64,000 nucleotides of DNA from a virus: positions 43,283 to 107,282 of IMG/VR virus record IMGVR_UViG_3300036819_000087; one strand, given 5' to 3'. The position numbers and the translations under genes are program-made. The number at the start of each line of letters is the position of its first letter. Position 1 is the stretch's first letter. Shown here piece by piece: positions 18,056-27,317 of the stretch. Under the pieces are notes generated by a model, which did no database searches, was not told the DNA's origin, and saw only the letters and a list, made by a program, of their open reading frames with translations.

Positions 18056-18500
18056 AGCCCTGGTGCGTCCCCGGAGGCGGCCCTGCCGGACCTGCCCCTA
18101 CCGGCGGGACGTGCCGCCGGGGATCTGGTCAGCCGAGGAATACGCGAAGCTGCCCCGCCACGACGGGGACGTGCCTGACCAGGCGATGGCCGGCGCGGAT
18201 GGCCTGTTCTTCTGCCACACCGGGGACGGGTTCCTGTGCGCCGGGTGGGTCGGCTGCCACGACATGATCAGCCAGTTCGCGGTCCGCATCCATGCCCGGT
18301 TCCTCGACCTGCCCGCCATCTACGACTACGTGTCCCCGGTGCCCCTGTTCAAGTCGGGGGCTGAGGCGGCGCTCCACGGCATCTCGAAGATCACCGACCC
18401 GGCGGCGGTGCGGGCCGCGCAGCGGTACGTGCTGCGGTTCGCGGCCCGCCGCGTCGCTCTCAAGGAAGACAACCGGAACAACCGAGGAGACCAGCAGTGA
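18048..18500 (+). CDS. DUF6283-like protein
   Basis: PCRTCPYRRDVPPGIW..EYAKL..FFCH..CAGW..PVPLF.SG. Confidence 0.75.
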   Translation: MTEALVRPRRRPCRTCPYRRDVPPGIWSAEEYAKLPRHDGDVPDQAMAGADGLFFCHTGDGFLCAGWVGCHDMISQFAVRIHARFLDLPAIYDYVSPVPLFKSGAEAALHGISKITDPAAVRAAQRYVLRFAARRVALKEDNRNNRGDQQ

Positions 18501-18895
18501 AGTACGCCATCGAGCGGTGGCGGTCGCCACGTCGCCGCACCGACAAGCCCCTGTCCCACACCGAAGCGGTCGACGTGCTCCGCAAGGGCAGCGACATCCA
18601 GGTCCTCGCCGTGTACGGGCAGGGGGAGGAGAAGCCAGCCGGGCGGCCGATCCCCGGCCTGGAAGCCGCCGTCGGCCACGCCCCCGCCGAAGGCCGGATC
18701 GACCCGCGCCTGTACCCGGTGATGGTCCAGTTCCCCGCCGGTGTGCAGTACGGGACCGGGCTGAACCACACCGCCCGCGAGGCCATGGCCCAGGCCGATG
18801 TGCTCCGCAAGGCGGCCCGGGCCGCCCTGGACGCCTACCCCGACGAGAACGAGGTGATCGCCGGCGAGATGGACGAGGCCAGCGACGGCGCCTGA
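18497..18895 (+). CDS. Hypothetical protein
   Basis: RBS motif ACAACCGAGGAG. Confidence 0.75.
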   Translation: MKYAIERWRSPRRRTDKPLSHTEAVDVLRKGSDIQVLAVYGQGEEKPAGRPIPGLEAAVGHAPAEGRIDPRLYPVMVQFPAGVQYGTGLNHTAREAMAQADVLRKAARAALDAYPDENEVIAGEMDEASDGA

Positions 18896-18920
18896 CCTCT
18901 CCCCGGGGGGTGGTTTCGCG

Positions 18921-18963
18921 GCCCCGGCCAGCCCTGTACAGGGCTGGCCGGGGCTGTTTCGTT
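18921..18963 (+). terminator. Terminator formed by perfect 34-bp palindrome
   Basis: GCCCCGGCCAGCCCTGT|ACAGGGCTGGCCGGGGC followed by TGTTTCGTT. Confidence 0.7.
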
Positions 18964-19066
18964 ACCTGTCTTGCGGCCAGATGCACCCCGAACGGGGGGA
19001 CAGCGCAAGGTCCCCGCCCTATGCTGTGCTTTGCCTTGGTTCACAGCAATGGGGGGGACCTGTCCC

Positions 19067-20128
19067 ATGAATGCTACCGAGCCCAGTCCCGGTATGCGTA
19101 CGAACGGCCACGGTGATCCGCGCCGGGCCCGGTGGCTGGCGTTCCGCGCTGACCATCCCGGCTGGCAGATCAGCCGGCACCCGGCCCGCGGCGGCTGGTC
19201 TTATACGGCGGTCGCCCGCCACCACGGCATGCAGCCGCCGGTGGCCCGGGCCCGCACGCTCGGCCAGCTCGGCGGGATGCTCGAACCGGACGGCATGATG
19301 CCGCTCGACGCTTCGGTGCCGAACGCGGCCCGCATCTACGACTACTGGCTCGGCGGGAAAGACAACTTCGCCGCCGACCGGGAAGTCGCCCGGCAGGTCC
19401 TGACCGCCCAGCCGGACGTGGCCCGCCTGGCCCGCGCGAACCGGGCGTTCACCACCCGCGCTGTCGAATGGGCGTGCCGGGGCGGTGTCGGCCAGGTCCT
19501 CGACCTCGGCGCCGGGATGCCCACCGAAGCCCGCCACCTCGACGGCCGGCCCTCCCACGAATGGGAACCCACCCACGTCGCCGCCCAGTCCGGGTGGCCG
19601 GGGGCCCGCTGCCTGTACATCGACTATGACCCGGTCGTGGTCCGCCACATCTGGGCGATGTACCCCAACCCGGGTGACGGGCCGGTCCTGGTCGACGCGG
19701 CCGGGGGGGACCTGCGCGACCCGGACGTGATCTGGTCGCTGGGCGCGGTCCGCACCATGCTCGACCTGGACCGGCCGCTGGTCCTGGTCCTGACCGCCGT
19801 CCTGCATTTCATGCCCCCCGACGTGGCCCGTGAGATCGTCGCCGCCTACGTTGACCAGCTCGCGGCCGGCTCTTACGTGGTCCTGTCCTCGTGCTGCGAC
19901 GCCGCCGGGGGGGATGCGGTCACTGAGGCGTACAACACGAGCGACGCCCCCACCCTCCACAATTTCACCCGCGGCCAGATCGGTGATCTGCTGGACGGGC
20001 TCGTACCTGTAGTGCCGGGACTGGTCGCGGTTGACCGGTGGCTGCCGGGCTGGGACGAGCCGCGTCTGGCCACCGGTGGGCAGGCGGGTGTTCTCGCCGC
20101 GGTCGGCTGGAAAAAGCCACCGCCGTAG
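19067..20128 (+). CDS. SAM-dependent methyltransferase (actinobacterial Methyltransf_19 type)
   Basis: PNAARIYDYWLGGKDNFAADR..LDLGAGMP..YIDYDP..DLRDP..AVLHF. Confidence 0.9.
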   Translation: MNATEPSPGMRTNGHGDPRRARWLAFRADHPGWQISRHPARGGWSYTAVARHHGMQPPVARARTLGQLGGMLEPDGMMPLDASVPNAARIYDYWLGGKDNFAADREVARQVLTAQPDVARLARANRAFTTRAVEWACRGGVGQVLDLGAGMPTEARHLDGRPSHEWEPTHVAAQSGWPGARCLYIDYDPVVVRHIWAMYPNPGDGPVLVDAAGGDLRDPDVIWSLGAVRTMLDLDRPLVLVLTAVLHFMPPDVAREIVAAYVDQLAAGSYVVLSSCCDAAGGDAVTEAYNTSDAPTLHNFTRGQIGDLLDGLVPVVPGLVAVDRWLPGWDEPRLATGGQAGVLAAVGWKKPPP

Positions 20129-20320
20129 AGGCGCCCACGCGCGGGCTCTGCCGCCGGGAGCGTGCTGACCCGCGCGTGGGTCTCGGGCCTGGCCAGCCAG
20201 CGGAACGGCATTCCGCCGACTCCACCCACCCACGGGAGCCTCTGACACAGGCCCGCGGGCTGGCCGGGCCCCACGGGTGAACCGCTTGTGCCCGGACAGG
20301 GCGCCGCGTATCGTCCGGGT

Positions 20321-20459
20321 TACGAGGCATCGACGGTGACCCCTTTACCCCAAGGGGGGGTTGTCCGCACGCCGCGCCGCTGAGGAAACGCGGGCCTCAC
20401 ACCTCAGCCGAGAAGGCCGCCAGTTACCCCCGTACTGGCGGCCTTCCGCCGTCGTTGTC
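20321..20459 (+). ncRNA. Candidate multi-stem sRNA with two UACCCC loops
   Basis: TTGTGC-N17-TATCGT promoter; closing stem 20331-38/20447-54 plus three internal hairpins. Confidence 0.45.
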
Positions 20460-20484
20460 ACCCCCCGCCAGTACCGTCCGGGCC

Positions 20485-20661
20485 ATGGATGCTCCCGCGC
20501 CGGTTCCCGTGGCCGACCTGGCCGACTTGGACACTGATGTCCTGTGCGGTGAGTGCGGGGCGCTGAAACGGTGGCGGCTCCGCGCCGTGCTGACCGGCTG
20601 CCCTGAATGCGACGTGGTGGTCGCGCGTCTACTGGCCGCCGCTGCCCGCCTGGTCCGGTGA
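20485..20661 (+). CDS. Small Zn-finger protein, leaderless
   Basis: CGEC..CPEC; TACCGT 7 nt upstream of ATG. Confidence 0.55.
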   Translation: MDAPAPVPVADLADLDTDVLCGECGALKRWRLRAVLTGCPECDVVVARLLAAAARLVR

Positions 20662-21465
20662 CGGGACCGGGGTGGGCTGGCCGTCCTGGCCACGGCCGCC
20701 ACGGTGATGGCGGCCGTGCGGCTGGCCGAGGATGCCTCCGGCCCGGCCCCCGCCGTGGCGGCGGGTCCGGGACGGTGACGGCACCACGGCCGGGGTGGTG
20801 ACCGAGACCGGCGGGGGCGGGGTGACCACCACCGGCGGCGGCGGGGCCGAGCTGGCTGGAGCCGCAGGGGTGACGACGGTGGCCGGCGGCGGCGCGGCGA
20901 CCTGAACCGGCACCGGCACCGGCACCGGTACGGGTACGGGCGGGACGGGGGTGGCCACGGCCGCGTTCACCCCCGCCGCCGAGGCCCGCCCCGTGCCTCT
21001 GGATGGGGCGGGGATCCGGGTCGCGGGGACGGGCGGGTCCAGCCAGCCGCCCACCTGCCCAGCCGAGGGCATCGCGGCGACCACTGGCCGGGAGATCACG
21101 TCCGGGGTGAGTGCGTACACGCCGCCGACCGTGGTCGCGACGGTGATACTGGCGGCGGCCACGGTCGCGCCAGTGTGCCGGGCGACCAGGCCACTGACCG
21201 CGAACGGGGCGGCGGCCAGGCCCGCCAGCGCGGACGGTACCGGGAACAGGTGCCGGTGGCCGGGCCGGCGATGCTGCCCGCCACGCTGCGGCGGGCCGGA
21301 GGCCTCGTCGTCGTCGAGGCCGTGGTGGGCTTCGCATTCCGCCCAGCCACGGTTGAACGCGGCCTGCAACTGGCCCGCGATGTCTTTCGCCGCCGCGCGT
21401 GCGCCAGCAAGGTCGGCCTGGAGCTGCCGCACCGTCGCGGCATTCTCGTCGGCGCCTGGTCCCAT
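20629..21465 (-). CDS. Membrane protein with Pro/Val-rich tail
   Basis: TM segments, PVPVPV repeats. Confidence 0.55.
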   Translation of the reverse strand: MGPGADENAATVRQLQADLAGARAAAKDIAGQLQAAFNRGWAECEAHHGLDDDEASGPPQRGGQHRRPGHRHLFPVPSALAGLAAAPFAVSGLVARHTGATVAAASITVATTVGGVYALTPDVISRPVVAAMPSAGQVGGWLDPPVPATRIPAPSRGTGRASAAGVNAAVATPVPPVPVPVPVPVPVQVAAPPPATVVTPAAPASSAPPPPVVVTPPPPVSVTTPAVVPSPSRTRRHGGGRAGGILGQPHGRHHRGGRGQDGQPTPVPSPDQAGSGGQ

Positions 21466-21578
21466 TCGGTCCCCCCAGGCAGGAAGGTGTCATCCACGTA
21501 AGCCCCCCGGCTTAGAGCAGAGCGTACACAGCTACCCGCGTGGCCGGCGGGGCGGGGGAGGTAACAGTAAAAGATCGT

Positions 21579-22400
21579 TTACGCGGATCGGAGGAGGCCA
21601 GGCCCGGGGGTCAGGGCTGGTGGGGCGCTCGCGGCGGCGTCCCGCATCCGCCACCAGGCCAGCCAGCCGACGAGTTCCTCATCGGGCATGCCGCCCTGCT
21701 TGTACAGCCACCAGCGGCGTTCCTCCTCGTTGTCCCGGAACCGGGGGAGGTCACCGTGCTGGGTCATTTCGTCGCGGACCAGTGCCTCGAACAGGGCGAG
21801 GGACTGGACACCGTTCATCGCGACCACGGTCATCGGCCCGGCCGCGTCGCTGTCACCGGGCCGGGCCGGGGCGGGCGGGAACACCAAGGTAGTGATGTCG
21901 CCGTTGATGAACCGGCGGGCGGTGCCGGGGGCGAGCCCGTACGCCGAGTCGATGGCCAGGCCCTCCGCGGCGGGCAGCGCCCGGGTCTGCCGGTCCGGGT
22001 CGGCGATGACTTCCCGTTTGCCTTGCTCGGCCTCGGTGATCAGGGCCGGGTCGAGGGCGAACGTCGCGCACCACACGTCCCGTTCCCCGTAGCCGAGGTC
22101 GTTGCGGTGACACACCAGATCGGTGCCGAACCGTTTCGCGGTGACCAGGTACGGGTGCCCGCCGGCGGCCACCCGGTCCGCTGAGCCGGGAACCCAGCCC
22201 AGGCCCGCTTCGAGTTGGCCGAGCGTTCCCGATGTGGGGGCAACCCGGTGCCCGTTCTGGAGTGCGCGGAGCGTCGCCGACGTGAGGCCGGTCAGTTCCG
22301 CGAGGTCCTCTTGCCGCAGCCCGAGAGCGCGGCGGTGCGTTCCGACGACACGCCCGAGAAGGCGGTAGTCGCGTGCCCCGTGTCTGTTCATCCGTCCCAT
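21579..22400 (-). CDS. XRE immunity repressor with apparently duplicated HTH domain
   Basis: RRALGLRQEDLAELTGLTSATLRALQNG..LGWVPGS; second unit ..YGLAPGTARR. Confidence 0.8.
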   Translation of the reverse strand: MGRMNRHGARDYRLLGRVVGTHRRALGLRQEDLAELTGLTSATLRALQNGHRVAPTSGTLGQLEAGLGWVPGSADRVAAGGHPYLVTAKRFGTDLVCHRNDLGYGERDVWCATFALDPALITEAEQGKREVIADPDRQTRALPAAEGLAIDSAYGLAPGTARRFINGDITTLVFPPAPARPGDSDAAGPMTVVAMNGVQSLALFEALVRDEMTQHGDLPRFRDNEEERRWWLYKQGGMPDEELVGWLAWWRMRDAAASAPPALTPGPGLLRSA

Positions 22401-22509
22401 CCGTCCAGGTCACCGGCACCCGTCCGGGTGCCTTCCGACCCCCCTCGGATACGCCCACGGTAAGTTTCCGCAGGTCATAACGTCAAGAGCGAAACCTTTG
22501 CGGCGAGGC

Positions 22510-22546
22510 TTGCGGTTGAACACGCCCCGACGCTAACCTTGCCGTC
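22510..22546 (+). promoter_or_regulatory. Leaderless early promoter
   Basis: TTGCGG-N18-TAACCT, ATG 7 nt downstream. Confidence 0.6.
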
Positions 22547-22888
22547 ATGACAGCTCCGACCAGCACCAACGGCCCGGCCGTCACCTTGACGCTCCGCGTC
22601 TTCCGCGAAAGATACAGCAAATTGCGCACCTGGGAGTTGCTGGCGGAACTGAAAAGGCGCGGCGTGGTCCGGTCGAAATCAACCCCGGCGTACGTGCGGA
22701 ACGTTGAGGGCGGCTGGAAAAAGCCCGCCGCGGAAGTCCTCGACGCATGGCTCGACATCCTCGACCTGCCCGCCGCGTGGCTGGCCGTCCCCGGCGACTG
22801 GGGTGACCTGCTCGGCCAGGTGGCCGAGCTGCGGGCGGCCCGGCAGGAAGAGGAACAGGACCGGCAGGAAAAGGCCCTCGCGGCCTGA
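22547..22888 (+). CDS. Cro-like HTH protein
   Basis: LRVFRE..PAYVRNVEGGWKKP..VLDAW; divergent from repressor. Confidence 0.75.
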   Translation: MTAPTSTNGPAVTLTLRVFRERYSKLRTWELLAELKRRGVVRSKSTPAYVRNVEGGWKKPAAEVLDAWLDILDLPAAWLAVPGDWGDLLGQVAELRAARQEEEQDRQEKALAA

Positions 22889-23016
22889 CCCTGCCCAGAT
22901 ACGGCGGTGCCCCCGCCGGGCAATGGCGGGGGCGACCGGGCGGCCAGCAGGCCGCACTAGAAGGGGCCACCAAACAGGTGACCCCCCGAGTGTAACGAAG
23001 GGGCACCAAGATCACC

Positions 23017-23604
23017 ATGACTCACCCGTCTTGCCCGAGGGGGGCACCCATGTTCCGCACGCGCCCGCAGCACTCCGCTGGATTCCGCCGCCGTGGGCGC
23101 CGCGCCGCACCAGCCCCGGCCCCAGCCCCGGCTCCTATGGTCGTCGTCCGGCCGGCTGAGGCGACCGCCGTGGACCTGTTCCAGATCCGCCCGTACATGC
23201 CGGCCGCGCCGAAGCCGGACCCGCTCACCGACCCTGAACTCCCGATCACCGAATCGGCGGTCACGGCCCACGACTGTTCCCGGCAGCAGGTGCTCCGGTT
23301 GCGGTGCGGTGGCCCCGGCCCCACCGGGGACGGCTGCCTGGTGTCATCCGGCCGCGGATCAACCCGCAGCTTCGCCGCCGTGTACGGGTGGGCGTCAGCG
23401 GCCCGCTGGGCGCGGGACGTGCTCGGCACCTGGACATGCCCCGAATGCCAGATGCTGCCGACGTGGCGGACCCCGTTCGGCCTGTCCCCCCTCGGCCGCA
23501 ACGCCGCAGAGGCCGGCGCGGACGAGGCGTGCATCATCGAAGACGCCCACGCCGCCGCCGGCACCCCCGACCAGTTCGTCGCCGCGCTGAAGGCGGCGGC
23601 CTGA
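23017..23604 (+). CDS. Hypothetical Zn-binding protein
   Basis: RC..GC..WTCPEC. Confidence 0.6.
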   Translation: MTHPSCPRGAPMFRTRPQHSAGFRRRGRRAAPAPAPAPAPMVVVRPAEATAVDLFQIRPYMPAAPKPDPLTDPELPITESAVTAHDCSRQQVLRLRCGGPGPTGDGCLVSSGRGSTRSFAAVYGWASAARWARDVLGTWTCPECQMLPTWRTPFGLSPLGRNAAEAGADEACIIEDAHAAAGTPDQFVAALKAAA

Positions 23605-23605
23605 C

Positions 23606-24925
23606 ATGACCACCACCACCGAAGACCGCCCCACCGAGACCAGAGACGATGCCGCCGAGGCCACGGTCGCCGACGCGCTGGCCGGGACGGCCGCGCCGGA
23701 TCCGCAGGCCGCTGTGGCGACCAGCGGCACCGGCAACGCCGCCATGGTCCTCCGCGACGACCAGACCGCCTGGACCGGCGCCCAGATCGCCATGCTCCAG
23801 GCGATGGGCGTCGGCGAGGACGTTCTCGACGCCGAACTCCAGTTGTTCCTCTACGAGTGCCAGCGGCGCCGCCTCGACCCGTTCGCGAAGCAGATCTACC
23901 TGATCGGCCGCAACGACCGGCAGGCCAACCGGAAGGTGTACCGGTCCCAGGTCAGCATCGACGGGTTCCGGCTGATCGCCCGCCGCGCCGCCGACAAGGC
24001 CGGCATCGAGTACGGGTACGCCGACCACGGCACCATCTGGTACGACCGGGCCGGCCGGGAACACAAGATCTGGCTCAGCCCCGAACCCCCCGCCGGGGCC
24101 AAGGTCGTGGTCGTCCGCAACGGCATGACCTACGACGCCGAGGCCCGGTTCGAGGCCTACGCGGCCACGTTCCCCAGCGGCGACCTGATGTCCCAGTGGC
24201 GGTCCATGCCGGACGTGATGATCGCCAAATGCGCTGAGGCGCTCGCGTTGCGCAAAGCGTTCCCCGAGGACCTCGGTGGCCTGTACACGGTCGAGGAGAT
24301 GGAACAGGCCGACAACACGGTCAGCTACTCCTTCGCAAGCGGCAGCACCGGCCGGCAGAACGCCGAACAGGGCCGGCAACAGGCCACCCGCACCAGCGGC
24401 GGCCAGCGCGGCCGGGGACAGCAGGGCCAGCAGGGGCAGCGGTCCAAGTACAACCCGGACCCGGCCGCGCAGGTCAACCAGAAATGGCTGAACGACGCAC
24501 GCGGGAACGCGCCCACCATGGACGAGACCGCCCTCACCGCCCTGACCGAGGAAGGCAAAAGGCGGTACCAGGCTGGGGCGCTGACCGCCGACGACTCCAC
24601 CGGGCTGCGCGACCTGATCGCGGCGACCCGCGCCGACCTCCGCGCCGCCGCGCTGAAAGCCACCCAGCTCGACCCGTCCGACCCGTGGGCTGAGGCGATC
24701 GACGACATGACCACCCAGGAGGAAGCGGTCAGCCTCCGCACCCAGCTCACCGCGCAGCGCCGCCGCCGCGACAACCCCGACGGCATCGACAACGACCGCT
24801 ACCAGCGGGTCATGCGGGCGATCAACGGCAAAGCGCAGATGCTCCTCAACGCCGAGCAGGCCACGGTCAAGACCGACGAGGCCGGGGTCGTCCAGGGCAA
24901 GGTCGAAGGCGAGGCGGCCGCGTGA
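23606..24925 (+). CDS. bet: Phage recombination protein Bet/RecT
   Basis: LDPFAKQIY..SIDGFR..MPDVMIAKCAEALALRKAFP..GLYTVEEM. Confidence 0.95.
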   Translation: MTTTTEDRPTETRDDAAEATVADALAGTAAPDPQAAVATSGTGNAAMVLRDDQTAWTGAQIAMLQAMGVGEDVLDAELQLFLYECQRRRLDPFAKQIYLIGRNDRQANRKVYRSQVSIDGFRLIARRAADKAGIEYGYADHGTIWYDRAGREHKIWLSPEPPAGAKVVVVRNGMTYDAEARFEAYAATFPSGDLMSQWRSMPDVMIAKCAEALALRKAFPEDLGGLYTVEEMEQADNTVSYSFASGSTGRQNAEQGRQQATRTSGGQRGRGQQGQQGQRSKYNPDPAAQVNQKWLNDARGNAPTMDETALTALTEEGKRRYQAGALTADDSTGLRDLIAATRADLRAAALKATQLDPSDPWAEAIDDMTTQEEAVSLRTQLTAQRRRRDNPDGIDNDRYQRVMRAINGKAQMLLNAEQATVKTDEAGVVQGKVEGEAAA

Positions 24926-25353
24926 CCGTCCTCACCGGGCATATCCCGCTCGGGGCCGCGTTCACCGGCGACGACGGGCACGCCTACTCGATCGAGCGGA
25001 TCCTCGACGACATCGGCGGCGCGGGCCTGGTCATGATCCGGCACACCACCGGGATGGTGTGCCGGATCGACCAGCGGGTCGACCACGCGGGCCACGGCGG
25101 GTGCGGGGCCTGGTACGTGGCCCCCGACAACACGGTCACCTGCGCGGGACTCCTCGCCCACCCCAAGGGCCCGTTCGAATGCAGCACCCGCCTGTTCCCG
25201 CTGTCGGCGGTGACCGGCCAGCCCGGCCACCAGCCGCCGGCGGGGACGGTGGTCCCGTTGTGGCCACCCGCCCCCCCGGCGTTCCCGCCGTTCACCGCCG
25301 ACCCCGGCGACGGCCAGGCCGACGCGGACGACGACGCCCCGGCGGCGGCGTGA
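24922..25353 (+). CDS. Hypothetical protein
   Basis: Coupled to bet. Confidence 0.65.
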   Translation: MTVLTGHIPLGAAFTGDDGHAYSIERILDDIGGAGLVMIRHTTGMVCRIDQRVDHAGHGGCGAWYVAPDNTVTCAGLLAHPKGPFECSTRLFPLSAVTGQPGHQPPAGTVVPLWPPAPPAFPPFTADPGDGQADADDDAPAAA

Positions 25354-25356
25354 CGC

Positions 25357-25872
25357 ATGGCCCTCTCTGTCGTTCCGGTCAGCCCCCGCGAGGCGGTCGC
25401 GTTCATCGCACTGTGGCACCGCCACAACAAGCCGCCCCGCGGGTGCAAGTTCTCGCTCGGGGTCGCCGACGACCTCGGGGTGCTGCGCGGTGTCGCCATG
25501 GTCGGCCGCCCGGTCGCCCGCTTGTACGACGACGGCCTGACCCTGGAGGTCAACCGCACCAGCACCGACGGGGCGCGGAACGCCAACTCGATGATGTACG
25601 GGGCGGCGTGGCGGGCAGCTCGGGCGCTCGGTTACTGCCGGCTGGTCACCTACACCCACGCCGACTACTCCGGCCCCGTGTGCCCGGCCCCGTGCGCCCA
25701 CTGGTCGTGCCTAGCCGTCCGGGTGGGTGAATCCGGGGCCAGTCTCCGGGCGGCCGGGTGGCGGATCGTCGCCCAGCGCACCCCCCATCACGGCTGGGAC
25801 CGGCCAGCACGGCCCCGTGTCGACAGCGGCGGCGAGCTGATCCCGCGCACCTTGTGGGAGGCCACGGCGTGA
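25357..25872 (+). CDS. XF1762-family (Mom-like GNAT fold) protein
   Basis: HRHNKPP..GVAMVGRPVAR..LEVNR..RNANSMMYGAA..TYT..ESGASLRAAGW. Confidence 0.85.
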   Translation: MALSVVPVSPREAVAFIALWHRHNKPPRGCKFSLGVADDLGVLRGVAMVGRPVARLYDDGLTLEVNRTSTDGARNANSMMYGAAWRAARALGYCRLVTYTHADYSGPVCPAPCAHWSCLAVRVGESGASLRAAGWRIVAQRTPHHGWDRPARPRVDSGGELIPRTLWEATA

Positions 25873-26096
25873 CGCTCACCGTGCAAGAGCAGGCCGCGCG
25901 GCGGCGGGCACGACTCACCGAGCTGGTCGCCGCCGGCCTGTACGCCGAAACGATCCGGGACATCCCCCGGACCTGCCTGTGCCCGTGGGACGGGCCCCGC
26001 GTCAACGACCCCGCCCACTACATCCGGATCGGCTGGACCCCAGCGTGCCCGATCGCCATGCATCACACCGGCCCGCCCAAGGCGGCGGCGGCCTGA
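25869..26096 (+). CDS. Small Cys/His hypothetical protein
   Basis: Coupled; CLC..CPIAMH. Confidence 0.6.
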   Translation: MTLTVQEQAARRRARLTELVAAGLYAETIRDIPRTCLCPWDGPRVNDPAHYIRIGWTPACPIAMHHTGPPKAAAA

Positions 26097-26443
26097 TGGA
26101 TGAGAAGACACGCCGCGAAATCTTCGCCTGTGCCCGCCCCGGATGCGGCCTGCCCGAGGACGCACACAAAAACCCGGTCGGCACCGACGCGGAGCTTCTC
26201 GGCGCGCTCACCGCGCTCGGCGGGGCCTGCGACCACTACGTCCTGTCTGACCGTGCTCTCCAGTACCAGGCCCATCTGAACATCGCCGGCCGCGACCCCG
26301 CCCCGCGGTACGGCGGCCCCCGTCCCAAACGGGGCCGTCTGTGCGGGCGGTGCGGCCAGCGGGGCCACAAGCCCGAGAACTGCGTGATCTCCCCCGGCAC
26401 ACCCGGCCGGCCACCCGAGTCGATAAGGAACCGGAACCAATGA
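26096..26443 (+). CDS. Protein with CCHC zinc knuckle
   Basis: LCGRCGQRGHKPENC. Confidence 0.65.
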   Translation: MDEKTRREIFACARPGCGLPEDAHKNPVGTDAELLGALTALGGACDHYVLSDRALQYQAHLNIAGRDPAPRYGGPRPKRGRLCGRCGQRGHKPENCVISPGTPGRPPESIRNRNQ

Positions 26444-26742
26444 CCACCACCAGCGGCGCCACCCACCGTGCCGAGCTCCGCGCCGCCGCCCGCGCCCGGG
26501 TCGGCTGGTGCTCCGCCGACCTGGCGCTGCTCCCCGATCAGGAACGCGGCAGCGCCGCCCTGGCCGCCCGGGCGGTCGTCGCCGACGGCTACACCCGCGG
26601 CCAGGACGCCGACGACCCGGTGATCCTCGGTGTCCTCGAAGCGATCGGCCTGCGCGCCTACCCCCCCGGTACCCCACCCAGCCCGAAAGCTGACCCGGGC
26701 AAGGCCCCGCCGATCCTGTACAACCGGCCCGGTCAGCGGTGA
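26440..26742 (+). CDS. Hypothetical protein
   Basis: Coupled. Confidence 0.6.
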   Translation: MTTTSGATHRAELRAAARARVGWCSADLALLPDQERGSAALAARAVVADGYTRGQDADDPVILGVLEAIGLRAYPPGTPPSPKADPGKAPPILYNRPGQR

Positions 26743-27317
26743 CCGGCCACAGGCGACTCCTCGCCGCGGGCGCGTTCCTCATCTACGCCGCCGCAATCGC
26801 CGGCTCGAACTGGCTAATCAGCCACGCCGGGAACCTCACTCCGTTCGGCACTCACACGCTGCCCACTTGGCCGGGACTGGTGGCCCCGTCGGGGGTGTAC
26901 GCGGCAGCCCTGTCGTTCCCCGCCCGGGACGTGACCCAGCGGCTTACCGGCCGATGGGTGGGCCTGGCTGCGATCCTGGTGGGAGCGCTCGTATCGCTGG
27001 CCACCAGTTCCCCCGTCATCGCGGTCGCCTCGTTCCTCACCTATCTGGTATCGGAGGGGTGCGACTGGCTGGTGTACACGCCGTTGCAGCGCCGCTGGTT
27101 CGCACCCGCCGTGGTTGCCTCGGGCATGGTCGCCGCTGTGGTCGACTCGGTGCTGTTCCTCCACCTGGCCCACCTGCCCGCCGACCATCGGGCCGTCGCG
27201 GGCCTGGTCGCGGGGAAAGTGTGGGTGGTACTGGCCGCGTGGCCGGTCACCTGGTTGCTGCGGAACTGTGGCCCATTCGCGGTCCCGCAAGGAGAACTCG
27301 ATGTTGTGGCTGGGTAA
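26739..27317 (+). CDS. VUT/YhhQ-family preQ0/preQ1 transporter-like membrane protein
   Basis: SNWL..PSGVY..RDVTQ..IAVAS..SE..DWLVYTPL..VDSVLFL..GK. Confidence 0.85.
   Translation: MTGHRRLLAAGAFLIYAAAIAGSNWLISHAGNLTPFGTHTLPTWPGLVAPSGVYAAALSFPARDVTQRLTGRWVGLAAILVGALVSLATSSPVIAVASFLTYLVSEGCDWLVYTPLQRRWFAPAVVASGMVAAVVDSVLFLHLAHLPADHRAVAGLVAGKVWVVLAAWPVTWLLRNCGPFAVPQGELDVVAG

Noticed and set aside
18921-18954. Protelomerase target or loxP site
   Set aside because: GC-rich, followed by a T-tract, shares arms with other terminators; no telomere resolvase seen
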